Source: an uncultured virus (IMG/VR IMGVR_UViG_3300024346_000052)
Taxonomy: Duplodnaviria; Heunggongvirae; Uroviricota; Caudoviricetes; Crassvirales
Reading direction: 5' to 3' (one strand)
IMG/VR virus record: IMGVR_UViG_3300024346_000052
DNA length: 64,000 nucleotides
Positions 21,401-30,700 of this stretch are shown piece by piece (the stretch's first letter is position 1; each line of letters starts with the position of its first letter). The position numbers and the translations under genes were made by a program. The notes under the pieces are model-generated. The model searched no databases. It saw only the letters and a program-made list of their open reading frames with translations, and was not told where the DNA came from.

Positions 21401-22647
21401 AGCTCTGTATATGAAGCGTTTTCTATAACGGCTAAGTAATTAGACTGTCTTTTGTCAAAACCTATTCCACCTTTATCTACAGGTGTATTTTCTAAGTTGT
21501 TTAAAAACAACCTTAATCCAGCTGTTCTTTTTCTCCAGTCTTTTAAAAGTGTTACATCATCTATTTTAGCTTTATTTTCATCTTGAGGTTGTACAGCACT
21601 TGATATAAAATTTTTAAAGCTTTCGTACTGAGGGTAACCATCACCTCCAAATAGCTCTTGATCTTTACCAACTTTTAACACAAACTCGTTGCCTCTAGAA
21701 TCAGTTATTAAAACCTCATTAACAGTTATATCATCAGTGGTTTGTTCTACATTAAACAATGAGCCATCAAACTGTTGAGGTAAAACTTGTTGTAATTCTT
21801 TTTCTACAATATTTTCATTTTTAGCTAACCATGAATTATTCTTTTTAAATAGTTCATCAAAATAATTACTAAAACCCATTTCATTTATAGCATCATTTCT
21901 TCCATCAGCCACGACTTCAAAAGTGTCTAACACTCCTTCATCTTTACCTGCTTTTAAGTAAGAATAAGTAACGCTAGATCCAGCTTTGTTACTACTCTTG
22001 TTTAATGCTTCTAAATAATCTTCTAAAGAAGGAGAGCTAGAATTAGTTAATTTAATAGCTTGCTTTACTATATCATTTTTATTATACAAATCATTACCTG
22101 GTGTAAAGTATTTTTCCCAAGTGTCTTTTGGATAATAAGACTTGTGTTCTTTACCATCTTCACCTAAATGAGTTTTAACTACATACTTTCCTTCGTTTGA
22201 AACATCATCAGGGTTTATACTAGTTTTTTCAAGTAATCTAGACTGCTTTTCTAATTCTCTCTTTTCTTTTGCAACTCTAATTTTGTTTAATTTAGTGTCT
22301 GAAAGATTAGATAAAGTTTTATCTGCATTTTTTATTTCACCAACTTCATTTAATTTTTGATCTTTTATATCATCTAAACTTATTTGAGCATTAGTTACTT
22401 TATTTATTTTTTTATCTATTTTTTTAATACCTTTGTCAAGTCTTTTCTCTTTATTACTCTTTTCTATAACTTCTTCAGTATCTATAATAGGCTCTGAATC
22501 TTCTTCTATTTCGCTTAAATCAGTAGAAACTTCTATTTCACTACCTTGATCTGCTAAATATTGATCTAGAGTTAAACCTAAACTAGTTGCTTTTTCTTGT
22601 AATAAATCTTCCTGTACGGAGCTACCTTGATAAGTATATTTATTCAT
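12451..22647 (-). CDS. Giant virion ejection-type polyvalent protein (zincin, sigma-2-like, PD-(D/E)xK and HAD domains)
   Basis: 3398 aa, downstream of tail genes; LHETGH, RGFDPTNTSLYGYINGRLKNRIGD, ADF...VELK, FDFDDT/LTAR/ADD. Confidence 0.75.
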   Translation of the reverse strand: MNKYTYQGSSVQEDLLQEKATSLGLTLDQYLADQGSEIEVSTDLSEIEEDSEPIIDTEEVIEKSNKEKRLDKGIKKIDKKINKVTNAQISLDDIKDQKLNEVGEIKNADKTLSNLSDTKLNKIRVAKEKRELEKQSRLLEKTSINPDDVSNEGKYVVKTHLGEDGKEHKSYYPKDTWEKYFTPGNDLYNKNDIVKQAIKLTNSSSPSLEDYLEALNKSSNKAGSSVTYSYLKAGKDEGVLDTFEVVADGRNDAINEMGFSNYFDELFKKNNSWLAKNENIVEKELQQVLPQQFDGSLFNVEQTTDDITVNEVLITDSRGNEFVLKVGKDQELFGGDGYPQYESFKNFISSAVQPQDENKAKIDDVTLLKDWRKRTAGLRLFLNNLENTPVDKGGIGFDKRQSNYLAVIENASYTELFGYDPTVEQEESNPLSDAENPLINYQGGEVDLGSETTNATSGLDQSLIQGGVIIPEDEEFGNSEQIDSNLKVLSNTEKSLKASYERQGLELTDEIIFSTAKLAIINKQKERYYKANAEKWIEEPRGLEKEKLRQGSIIGAVALEDAENQLLLDAATFEKNLAEAEYNKDFLSYTVDVNNRAVAGFLYGDDDQKINEDLSIDMTGNMQSYSIARDDLGFTTEDGYIKKLVDGEIKIQFIPQGTQISETYEDGQPVESIPTWMVTKFNQNIVKLQESGKNVSIAYKNYSDELLEIPTFNQKMEVWLNNYNDTQEFFVKLGIGGLKTAKNIVYTAGSLASYVNPMYWSMYGLTGRDPMQGVMDANATITKWLDDELNEYNFDQVSFEDIFAPGTSGWKKLENFGAWMMGMTAETLPIVAAMIFSGGSASYGQIISSSVAGLSSMGGKLSEMDVNNFMVQNEIDEIRSRKDLTQEEKEKELIGLQERKINKGVYIAKGTAYGLIEGSLAYVTTAGQISNAYSVFRGDKAILGELNTSIGMFLKKKGPEWLKAANTEGLGEVGVTFGTNLVDGRNPLEGIVESYVGGFALGGVFEGIPISHAIMTSNFATNAEIQSINDTQGEIISLSKRKDALIKKLKILDLIPNVNMADGLNKIKNKVELTKAINDIDQQITDQAGLLETKQIEVQDRLQDEGIGKSAGIIHAENVKKLSDLRNEASQLVLDNPTMDKTTNKKLTELNKRYKNIQNITNKLKSKSLFGHKWLAMKGKAFWNTNTRNEVNRIEAQAIENIVKEKGPMVDGPTAREIQAESMKILDGRDYDANVSKAKSMAEEGGWQYFNFDNNKDAADQLPDLIARNLQNLEAEGVDVDSEINDGEGQTYREYIEQQITEALDGVKDGTSNGFYDPITNTQYTFRENAINNQKPGVPLHETGHAASQELIRNNPSAFDEAGQLIVDFMESKYNDIFIRMQVEGTNKLRSSDGSWDFEEVFASYIEEIAAGNIDPKADKAFTAFFAKTFNDGLLEASNGSYEIEFKGVNDITQYLLGLGKDIVNGKINQRKIDKARETKVININQTPTTGSKIAASKSVKKSSSKTVKADLIAENKSLLKNRPKNFKEKIADNVRKIKDLASGSGSAPSSRMDGDNEPTSVKAKKAKESINSKFDENKKGWKQNRKENPAADKLFGLIQPDLDGMIKNKAENFFTQDGNVVDLTKNLDLRELQQSVKTLLLADIRGFDPTNTSLYGYINGRLKNRIGDVLKSGEVFNDLSTKDIDNLGSSETAEINKTKTTVETVPDVNLRESLNIDRGSPLGEFVLDNVKKVLSTKMPEFKYVRKNKGGKRTDVTLEQVKKVLATNPTGEIKRQADRDLSGIYKKFSNDLESRFSDELRTAFAETFGSRGDYTNWLETNAEAISDLSIDKLVAFERLVKGEKIFTKVVKENLSVEEVKQFQGTGLLVSATTNQGPTLYKKLYPSSKAVKEFFDISGSKKGTRKDALADKISGELALNATMEVAGDPSVLEKFELGLNNSGTGDVVVKAYLEDISKAIGRGAQLKFSKAFMNSNADIELKNTYKNNNKRFVDLLKKTGVTEENVDLVWDQVFGDTLFNKNAKNKKEADKIKKEWKGISKQIASVDSMLEDSVQMNILNSIIDDAGNFSDTERAELIARAKKLKLTGSKDVDFDDILSNLAKNLGLTEGYAYEQLVYDAASKAINDYNKNNSSESGLKIEGSRGEDGGKADFIATVGGMEFNVELKLKKPRFGSVTLKTNTDSKGNISFNIIKNFPFNNAMYDMANEAKPAIENYVKQANIIGKELYGDNWLSYEFGDLLDKEVFKALQGNKENPNSQFQKDITVNKVRPAQDIADYYISKNNGTRQINIQGIGLYLLNDLKNPQLNNPANLNTNEAPYLGANGETVTWSLAIAKTTAETAKGPGKYQKAGIKLINGKLPGSSGWANVGLRIQPSNLKTTVKPKYDMSTVDGNTDLINDPAIKNLANQKGESSQVNIDNNSNSGVVIKNSKSNTTNKNTIDIASKLDSSLDVARDPNAPIKKIRVFDFDDTLATSNNIVFANKGNETIELTAEEFAKKGDDLINDGYVFDFTDFNTVRDGARGPLFDIAKKIKESRGNEDLFVLTARNPLAADAIYEFLKSEGLEFKPENIIGLGNSTGEAKAQWLVDKGSEGYNDFYFADDAIQNVEAVKSAMEVLDVKSRVQQAKIKFSSEVSDVMNDIIAEATGVESYKEFSSMRAKAKGRTKNSWSLIPPSAQDFGGLLYKMLAKGEKGDSQWSWMQDNLIRPFGRAMNDLSIAQNQLMSDFRALKSSLKGVPTNLKKKAFGGFTFEEVTRVAAWDRQGLKVDGLSGRDLKQIKEFVDGNPELNLFVDQLIELGKGDGYHYPGADWLSGTITTDFISGLRKDTRPRLLKQWNENIDLAFDEKTLNKLEAAYGSKYREAVEDSIRRMKTGQNRKAGTSRLEARFQDYINNSIGAVMFLNARSAVLQTISAANFVNWTDNNPLRAGAAFANQKQYWTDFMRLMNSDFLVDRRNGLKINVSESEIAEAAKTTGNSAKGVISYLLSRGFVLTQFADSFAIATGGSTYFRNRTKTYMKQGMSQADAEAKAFLDFREKAEDSQQSARADKISQQQASTLGRFILAFANTPSQYARIMDKAGRDLVAGRGDAKSNISKIMYYGFVQNLMFTALQGAMFASGFGDDEDEVSFDYFKDQGMSDKEAEKAMEYYNSKDSKKDMETANSMLDNILRGVGVQGVILATAKNVLLDLYRRSEKEGQYPGPEYGDNAWKLLEVSPPMSIKVKKYKGGLRDYEMNSWRPESGEPFNINNPSYRSAAKVISAVTNVPVDRAFQKMENVQGALDETNENWQRVAMLLGWPKWQLENQVQKAERFKQEKEGRKEYRKQNKLKNTRQYKPKKLLTTESYKAQQLKKQSDELFKLNKSVQVDSLRSLGLTTDAIKRLKYEKDRVNKIIELNSKL

Positions 22648-22658
22648 ATATTATTTCG

Positions 22659-24287
22659 TTATGGTAAAAGATTTATATCTGTAATTTCTTTTTTACCAGT
22701 GCTAAACTTTGAATAGTTTTTATAAACTTTAGCAGCTGTTTTAGCTCCTAAACCAGATCTAATACCTAGTAATTGTAGTATTACATCTTCTCTTACATTT
22801 GTACCATCTTCTGCAAACAATTTATACTCTTTTTTACCAGACTTAATAATACCTGGATCTTCTGGATCTATAGAATAAGTATTACTTTCGATACCACCGC
22901 CACCTACTGTAGTGTTTAAGGCATTTGCTACTTGCTCTGAAAATCTAGCCTTTAGATCATCACCAACGTAGTTATTACTATCTTGATCAGTTTTAAAATC
23001 TTTTAACAATTTATTATAACCAGTTTCAATTTTAGGCATTAAACTTTGTATGCTAACACTTTCTTGTTTAGTTAATTCATTTAATTTTGTATTTTCAATG
23101 TCTATAACCTTAGTTTCTCCTTCTTTAATATAAATTAATCTGTCTAATAAATCTCCTGTACCATCTTCAAGTAAAGGAACTTCTTTACCATCAACTTCGT
23201 GACCTTGAATTAACCCTTGTCTTAACAATAGCTTAGCGACAGCATCGTCAACCATCCAATTTCTAGCTATATCTCTTTGTTCAGGAGTGTTAGTCCAATT
23301 TCCTTTAGCTACACTATCAGGCATTAAATCAACCCAAACACTTTTCATAGATTGAGTGTCATTTAACATAGTGCTAAATCCGTTTAATTTTATGATATCT
23401 TCCCTCATTTTTTTAGCATCAGAAGGCTTAACAAAAATACTTGTTTCAGTCTTAGAACTTTCACCATCATCTGAAAGTGTTATTGATTCACTTTTTTGGT
23501 AATAACCATTATTGATATCATTTCCAATAACTTCGTTAGTAAGTGGAGTAGAAAACTTATCTAAGTTAGTAGTGTATTGAACCATATTTTTAGGTCCTAA
23601 TTTCATAACTTCATCTAAATTTACCAATGACCCCTCACCACCGCTTAATTGATCATTAAGAGAAGCTCTCATTTCGTAATCATCAATAGTTCCATCAGCC
23701 ATGAATTTTTCTTCTACTTTAGCAGGCATCTTCATTAGCCATATATTACCAGTTTTAGGATCTTCTACTGTGTATACATTTTCGCCTTTAGCAATAGAGC
23801 CAAAAATATCTATAACTTCAGGCGGTGTTGTACCTGCTGATATACCACCTTGTTGTCCTGATGTGTTTGCTTGATCATAAACTTGATTAGATATATTTAT
23901 TATATCTGGAATAAATGTTTTAAATTTTTCTACTTGCCTATTCATAGACGTTAAAATTCTATTGCCCTCTCTTTTATCAACATCACCTTTTCTCATTGCA
24001 TTTTTAACATTAAAATATTTATCTATTTGGCTGTCAAAAAACATTCTTAGATTGTCATCAAACATAGCTCCGGACTGTGAGGTGTCTATACTATCTAACT
24101 TGCTAGCATAATTTAGTTTATCCTGTTCTAAAGCTTCTAAAGATCTTTTATTTCTTTCTTTATTAATAGCTACTTTTTTAAGAGCAGCACTTAAGTCACT
24201 TGATATTTGATTATTACGCTGTTGTGTCTGCCTGGCAAAAATATCCCATGCTCTATTAACTATTCTTTGTGGATTTTCGTAGCTCAT
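22659..24287 (-). CDS. Putative internal virion/ejection protein
   Basis: Helical N-terminus; lies between the Gln/Ala-rich ejection protein and the giant protein. Confidence 0.55.
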   Translation of the reverse strand: MSYENPQRIVNRAWDIFARQTQQRNNQISSDLSAALKKVAINKERNKRSLEALEQDKLNYASKLDSIDTSQSGAMFDDNLRMFFDSQIDKYFNVKNAMRKGDVDKREGNRILTSMNRQVEKFKTFIPDIINISNQVYDQANTSGQQGGISAGTTPPEVIDIFGSIAKGENVYTVEDPKTGNIWLMKMPAKVEEKFMADGTIDDYEMRASLNDQLSGGEGSLVNLDEVMKLGPKNMVQYTTNLDKFSTPLTNEVIGNDINNGYYQKSESITLSDDGESSKTETSIFVKPSDAKKMREDIIKLNGFSTMLNDTQSMKSVWVDLMPDSVAKGNWTNTPEQRDIARNWMVDDAVAKLLLRQGLIQGHEVDGKEVPLLEDGTGDLLDRLIYIKEGETKVIDIENTKLNELTKQESVSIQSLMPKIETGYNKLLKDFKTDQDSNNYVGDDLKARFSEQVANALNTTVGGGGIESNTYSIDPEDPGIIKSGKKEYKLFAEDGTNVREDVILQLLGIRSGLGAKTAAKVYKNYSKFSTGKKEITDINLLP

Positions 24288-24304
24288 TTTATTTGTTATT
24301 ATAA

Positions 24305-25039
24305 TTACCCTAGTCCGGCTTTTAAAAACTGCCCACCTAAACTAGAAAACATGTTTGACTGTGCTATATCCGCTTGCATCATGCCAGCTGCGGCGTCAGA
24401 TTGCATTTGTAGATAATTCATTTGCATGCCAGAAGCATTATTAATATCTTGAGAACTTCTAGCTTCTCTTATTTGCATTATTTCAGATTTACCCTGGCCT
24501 TGCATTAACATTACCTTTTCTTCGCCAGAAGCGATCATTTCATCAACTTTCATTTGGCCCATGGCTTTTTTCTCTTGAACATCCATTGCTCCTTGAGCTG
24601 ACAACTTTTGGTTTTGAGCTTCTTGTTGTTGTATAGAAGCAGATATACCTCTTTTACTTTGCAAAGCTGCTTGCGCTAAAGCTGTAGCACCACCACCACC
24701 CATACCAGACATGGCTAAGGTGTCTAAAGTACTAGCTAAAGCAATATCAGTTTGTTCAGCTTGAAATTCTGCAGCTTGAGTAGCCACTCCTAAATTAGCA
24801 TACTGGTTACTAAGCTTAGCATATGGGTTTTTCATATTAGCAAAAGAATTAGTCATGTTCTTATAAGGATTGGTTAAAGTAGGTCTATTTTCTTTTAACC
24901 TATTTAATTCACCTTCCCATCTAGCGGCGTCTGCACCAGCTTGATTTCTTTGTCTTTCTGCTTCATCTTTAGCTTGTTTGTTTTTCCAAGCAGAAGCTCC
25001 CATCCCTATAGCTCCAGCTATTAACATTCCTACTGCCAT
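24305..25039 (-). CDS. Gln/Ala/Met-rich ejection protein
   Basis: Hydrophobic Gly/Ala N-terminus and Q/A coiled coil typical of podovirus internal virion proteins. Confidence 0.6.
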   Translation of the reverse strand: MAVGMLIAGAIGMGASAWKNKQAKDEAERQRNQAGADAARWEGELNRLKENRPTLTNPYKNMTNSFANMKNPYAKLSNQYANLGVATQAAEFQAEQTDIALASTLDTLAMSGMGGGGATALAQAALQSKRGISASIQQQEAQNQKLSAQGAMDVQEKKAMGQMKVDEMIASGEEKVMLMQGQGKSEIMQIREARSSQDINNASGMQMNYLQMQSDAAAGMMQADIAQSNMFSSLGGQFLKAGLG

Positions 25040-25082
25040 AATTTTTGTTTTATTTTTTTAATTTGTTTACTCGCTGTATTAT

Positions 25083-25111
25083 TATAATCACACATAATTA
25101 AGTGTATTTAA
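25083..25111 (-). promoter_or_regulatory. Class B promoter-like motif
   Basis: TTAAA-N15-GTGATTATA upstream of the ejection-protein genes. Confidence 0.6.
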
Positions 25112-26988
25112 AAGCCTGATCTTGAAAAAGTTGTTGATACTGCGAAAAGTTCTTTCATACCACCCACTTGAGTTGAATCATCTGTTCTGAAAGTTACAGT
25201 AGCAAAATTAGCTTTAATGCCGGCGGCTTGTTCATTTGTGTTTACACCTAAAAATTGTATTTCTTTAGGTCTAGTTGGTGAGTTGCTTTTAATAGAAGCT
25301 ACATAATAGTTTTCTTTTAAATCAAAACCAGCTCTGTGTATAGGTAAAGTAAGAATATTTACTCCATAAAAAGGACCACCATTTCCAACAGGTGTAGAAT
25401 CATAAGCACCTTCAATATAACTTCTTATTGGAGATATAGTATCTACATAAGAATTAAAATTAGAAAAATCATATCCATCAGAATAACCAGCTGTTGGAGT
25501 TTGTGCTTCTGAAACCATAGAAGTACATTGCCACCCATTGGTACCTTCATAACTCATTGTTAAGAAGTTTTTACTTAAATCAGGTTGTGGATTGAATACA
25601 AAAGTTACTTCAGCAGGTGTTCTTATTCCGTAAAACCTTTCTCTATTAAAGCCTGTGTCTACATTATGCTTGTATAAAGAACCTTGATTTGTAGAATAAA
25701 AAGAATTTTTTAAACTAGACATAAAAGAAGGATTATAGGAAAAGAAACTAGTCCAGCCCAAAACTGACTCATCAAAAGCTAAAGTGTTAAATGTATTTTG
25801 GTTTTGTGTACTCCAATAAGAGTCTCCTGTTTGAAGTGATAAATGATATTGTTTAGTATATATGTCCCAACCACCCAGTATCCTAGGCTTAGTTTGAGAT
25901 ACAAAGCTTATAGTATCACCTAACTGTAAAGTAGGTAAATTAATATTACTTTTAACAACCATTTGATTAATGTTAGGAACTGTAGTACCGTAACCAGCTT
26001 TATTAACTGCTATAGACACAACAAAGCCAGCACTAGTGACGTTACCACCACCTGCATCTATTGTTATAATACTACCTACGTCTATTAAGTTAAGAGTGTT
26101 TATGTTATTTAAAACTAGAGTAGTATTGTCCTCCTTGATAGACGTGTTAGTAACTGCTATAGAAGTAACTTTTGAATTGGAATTTAACTTAAAGGTGTTT
26201 AAAGAATCTCTAAAATAATCAACCATACCGTAGTTAGAAATTTCAGTTAAACCATCTCTTGATAATCTCATAACAGCGTTCCTGTTTACATCTGTAAAAT
26301 ATTTTCTATAACCATAAACAGCAAAACTTTCAGGATTGTTTGATATGCCATAATCCCCAACATAAGGAACTATTTGACCAATGACTAAGTTAGATGAAGT
26401 AATAGAACCTCCTCCTTCTGCTGAATATATAGCATCTTTGTCTATTAAAGCTCTACTAACTTTGTCTTCTTGAAAAACTATTAAATTAGTGTCTTCTGCA
26501 TAAAGCTTTTGAATACTACCATTTTCTGGGTTAACTGCTTTTGTTATAGAGTCACCAATAGGAAAAGAGTTAGTAGCATTGAAATTAGTATTACTATTTA
26601 AAAGACCAGAATATATTAAAGCATTTGTTCTTGATTTTTGTAATGGATTTTTTTCATTTAAGTAAGCTTTTACGCCTAAGTCTGTTGATGTGTTATTATA
26701 ACCACCTCTTATTCTGCTTTCTTCTAAATAATAATTTTGATTCATAAAAGAAGGAGATCCGGTCTGTAAATCAGTACAAAGTGAATCTGTAGGAAAAGCA
26801 GGTTGCACTTCTGCATCTCCATCATTTATTGGGCCAGGCCAAGTAAAAGTAGGTTTATTGTTTGTTACAGTGTATGTTGTATCTACTCCAGAAGAATTAG
26901 CGGCTATTATATCTCTACAAAGATCACCAGTAGCTACACGTTTTATCCAGTAGGAGTTAAAGTAGTTTAATTCTATAATAGCTGCCAT
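25108..26988 (-). CDS. Tail stabilization/muzzle-like protein, C-terminal-type domain
   Basis: SIQKL...LIVFQEDKVS, GISNNPESFA..GYRKYFTD, RLSRDGLTEIS, WTSFFSY propeller-type motifs. Confidence 0.65.
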   Translation of the reverse strand: MAAIIELNYFNSYWIKRVATGDLCRDIIAANSSGVDTTYTVTNNKPTFTWPGPINDGDAEVQPAFPTDSLCTDLQTGSPSFMNQNYYLEESRIRGGYNNTSTDLGVKAYLNEKNPLQKSRTNALIYSGLLNSNTNFNATNSFPIGDSITKAVNPENGSIQKLYAEDTNLIVFQEDKVSRALIDKDAIYSAEGGGSITSSNLVIGQIVPYVGDYGISNNPESFAVYGYRKYFTDVNRNAVMRLSRDGLTEISNYGMVDYFRDSLNTFKLNSNSKVTSIAVTNTSIKEDNTTLVLNNINTLNLIDVGSIITIDAGGGNVTSAGFVVSIAVNKAGYGTTVPNINQMVVKSNINLPTLQLGDTISFVSQTKPRILGGWDIYTKQYHLSLQTGDSYWSTQNQNTFNTLAFDESVLGWTSFFSYNPSFMSSLKNSFYSTNQGSLYKHNVDTGFNRERFYGIRTPAEVTFVFNPQPDLSKNFLTMSYEGTNGWQCTSMVSEAQTPTAGYSDGYDFSNFNSYVDTISPIRSYIEGAYDSTPVGNGGPFYGVNILTLPIHRAGFDLKENYYVASIKSNSPTRPKEIQFLGVNTNEQAAGIKANFATVTFRTDDSTQVGGMKELFAVSTTFSRSGF

Positions 26989-27017
26989 AAGATTTATTTT
27001 TTAAAATGTTATTAAAT

Positions 27018-27692
27018 TCAAGTAAAACCGAACCTCCCTTGAGTGTTTAAAACTTTTCCAGTAATGTCGTCGAATATAGTTAACATAATTGGACATGAAA
27101 CAGCAGTTGGCTGATCAGTTATTACTTGCACGTGTATAAGCCATATGTCATAAGTACAATATACATCAGGCGTAGAAGTACATGGGTTTTGCATAGCTGA
27201 AGGACTTGCGGCAGACGCCGCAACAGCTCCATTGAAACTCGATAAAGTTGCGCCAGTTCCGAGTGCTGGTAAATTACCAGACATACCGTCACAGGATCCT
27301 GCTTCTGAACCCTGCCAATATATGTTTGTCTCGATTTTATATCTAGAATTATTACCTAAAAGATTAGGAAAACTTGTAGAATTTAAATAATTTATTGTTT
27401 GACGCCTATTATTCCACCCTTTAGTACTATTAAAAGTTGCAGGGTTAATATCGTCGGTTGCTGCAGAACCGCTGCCGGCAATAGTAATAGAGTCATTATT
27501 TGTAGGAGCAACAATATCAGTTCTACCTGACGGCACCCAATTGCTAGGACTAGGAGGACTTCCTATTATATTATTATAAGTTAAAACTTTTATTCTTGAA
27601 AATTTAGTTGTCGAAGTCTCACTATATTTATCTCCACTTCCTGGATATGTTACTATAGTAATACCACCTCCTCCATCAGCATTTAAAGCCAT
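27018..27692 (-). CDS. Hypothetical structural protein
   Basis: Ser/Thr/Gly-rich ORF between two tail genes. Confidence 0.55.
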   Translation of the reverse strand: MALNADGGGGITIVTYPGSGDKYSETSTTKFSRIKVLTYNNIIGSPPSPSNWVPSGRTDIVAPTNNDSITIAGSGSAATDDINPATFNSTKGWNNRRQTINYLNSTSFPNLLGNNSRYKIETNIYWQGSEAGSCDGMSGNLPALGTGATLSSFNGAVAASAASPSAMQNPCTSTPDVYCTYDIWLIHVQVITDQPTAVSCPIMLTIFDDITGKVLNTQGRFGFT

Positions 27693-27704
27693 ATTTTTAT
27701 TTTT

Positions 27705-30700
27705 TTAATTATTGTCGTTTACATTTAGCCCTAAAGCTCCAACTTGTCCTGGACCAGGCCCACCACCGGCTTGTCCACCCATTACGTAAGGATTGTTACC
27801 CTGAGCCGGAACGGTAGCAGTACCAGTTTGATTATTTCCAGTAGCTTGTCCTTCATCTGTAGAGTTAGCCGCTGTATTACTATTGGTCCCACCAGCTGCG
27901 CTAAAACCAGCTCCAACCGAAGCAGTACCACAAGACTGTTGAACACCACCTACCACCGAAAGCCCATAAGATCTAATTACTCCATTTAATGGTGTGCCTA
28001 CTATATTAAATTCAACTTTAATACCATCTTGCCCTATAACGTTTGTTCCAATTGTTTGTGTCATACCCAATTGTGAACCATTAGCATCTTTTATTATAAA
28101 CCTAATGTATCTTTCTTTTAACCAATTTAAGTTAAAGTCTTGAGCCGCAGCTACACCACCATTTTCTACGTAAGGCTGCCCAGTTGTAGTATCTGTGAGT
28201 AAATTGCCAGCATTATCTCTAATACTTGGGTTTTCACTAACATAATAACCACCATACCAACCAACAATATACGCAGGCACATTATCTGGTATTGAATAAC
28301 TAGCCGGCGTGTATATAGAATCAGAAGTACCGGCTTGTGTAAGATAAAATCCATCAAAAACTTCTATAGTAGCTGTAGAAATTGATGTAGTACCACCATA
28401 ACCTTTTAACGACCCTGCCCGTGTACCACTCTGAGTGGTGCTGCCAGTATTCTGTGCTAATGATACAGCAGAATTGGTTAACAAATTACCACTTGCTCCT
28501 ACACCTGTGCTAACTACTGGAGCATTAGTAGATATAACACCATTATTAATAGTAGTTCCATTAGATGTAGCAATAAAGCCGTTTACAGGAACGTTTTGAG
28601 ACTGCATTGCCGTGAATGTTGCACCACCACCCTGCGACGAATCTGTTCTGGAAACTTGCATTTCTATTATTACTTCTGAAAATTCATTATCAGAAATGCC
28701 TAAACTAAAAAAATCAGCTCCAGATCCATTTTTAAAGTATATTCTAGAGTCTGCCTTTGCCTGTGTCTGCCCTTGGCTATTAAAAGAAGGTGAGAAAGCT
28801 CCAATAACAGAAACAGAAGGAACTATACTATATTGATTAACTAGATAATCTGTAAGATTTATAATACCTACTGGATTATTAGGCCAACCATTGTTATCAT
28901 TTCCAAAACCTGCAAAACTAGGAACTGCATTGCCTATAGAAGTTGTATAACTATATATGTTTGTTAAAAGGTTTGAAACGTTTCCAGTTTGAGTGTCTTG
29001 TACTTGAAAAGTAAATATTCTTTGATTAGAAGCGTTAGTTGTTGAGTTTTCTAAAAAAACACATCCATCCGTTGCTCTTAATATATATTCATTTCCGCCA
29101 GACGGATCGGCAATTATATCATAAAAGCTGTCTAAATTAACATTGTTTCCATCTCTAACGGATATTAAAGTTATATTACTACTAACTATTGCACCACTAC
29201 CAATTATTGCACTAACTGTACCTACGTTAACCGGTGAAGAGGGTGATGGCGTTAAACTTTCAAGTTGAACAAAATCATTACTACCGCTAATACCTATTAC
29301 ATCGTTACTTGTTCCAGTGCCACTAGGATCTAACCCTATTACACTATTATTTAATTCACTTATAATACCAGAACTACTAGTTTCCCAGAATATATCTAAT
29401 TCAGATACTACAGGTTCCGTTTCAAAACAAGTAAATGTTTGTGGCTCGTCACTAACAGATCCTATTTGGAAAGTATTACTCATTATAGATGTAAAAGGAT
29501 TTGTTGAAACTTTATAAAGACCAGAGGCCCTGTCTGTTGATGGAAATAAATCTTGATAACCTGCTAAAATTTTAACAACATCTGATTTTATGCTAGTGTT
29601 CACTTGAGAAGAATAAACTAAAGAAGTACCTGTTAAAGGAGTATTATTTATACCACCTACTATAACAAATTTATCCGCTTGATTCATTGCAACTCTAGCA
29701 AAATAAACATCGTCAGAAGTTGAAAACTGTTCTTGATTAGGCCTAACTTCATTTAAATCTGCAGGCATCTTGTTAATGTTGTCAGTCAAAAGAGTAGTTG
29801 TCATTTCACTTGGAGAATTAACAGTCTTTGGATTTAATATAACCGTAGTTCCATCTTGTGTAAAAACCAAGTCTGGAGTTGGTTGACTATTTTTAACACC
29901 TTGACTTGGTACTGTCGCTGTTGATGAATCCGTTGTTCCACAGTTATCAGCTGGTGTAGCGCCAGTTCCTGGTGTTTTATCACAACATACAGAACCAGGA
30001 GTATGTTGACAATATGGTGAATAAATTGCGACTGCTGCAGGAGAAAAAGTTATAGTGCTATCGTCTGGTATTCCAGTTATTGTATACGTAGCACATGTAG
30101 CACCACCTACAACTCCACAAGCGTTAGGACAAGGGTTATTTGGGTTACTAGGTGGACAACAATCGCTGTTACTAGTAGTATTTGTAAAAGAATTAGATTT
30201 AAGAACAAATTTCATTCCAGGCTTTAATCCAGTAGTAGTTTGTAATCCAGTTAAACTGGTTTGATTTGTAAAGACAGTATTGCTAGGTCCAGATGGTTCG
30301 TTACATTGAACTATTTGGTCTTGTGAATTTAAAGAACTCCATCCTATACTTACGCTACCTCCAATTGGAACTCCATACAGTAAACTAGGTAAATAAACGT
30401 TATAATATTCTTGTTGTTTTTGTTTTACAACAATTTTGTAAGAATAAAAACCTAATGGATTTGTATCAGCGGCATATAGGCCAGGGTATCCAGGTCTGTT
30501 ATTTAGTTCTGTTGGTATTAAATTTCTAAATAAAACTTTTAAACTATCTCCAGGCCACTCTACCATACTTTGAGATCCTGAAAATGAACTACTCTTATAA
30601 GCATGATATACAGTAGAATCTCCATAAAAATTACCAGAACCAGCTGGTATTTCTACTCTGGGACCTGATAAAGGTTCTGCTAGTATTACATCTGTTTGCC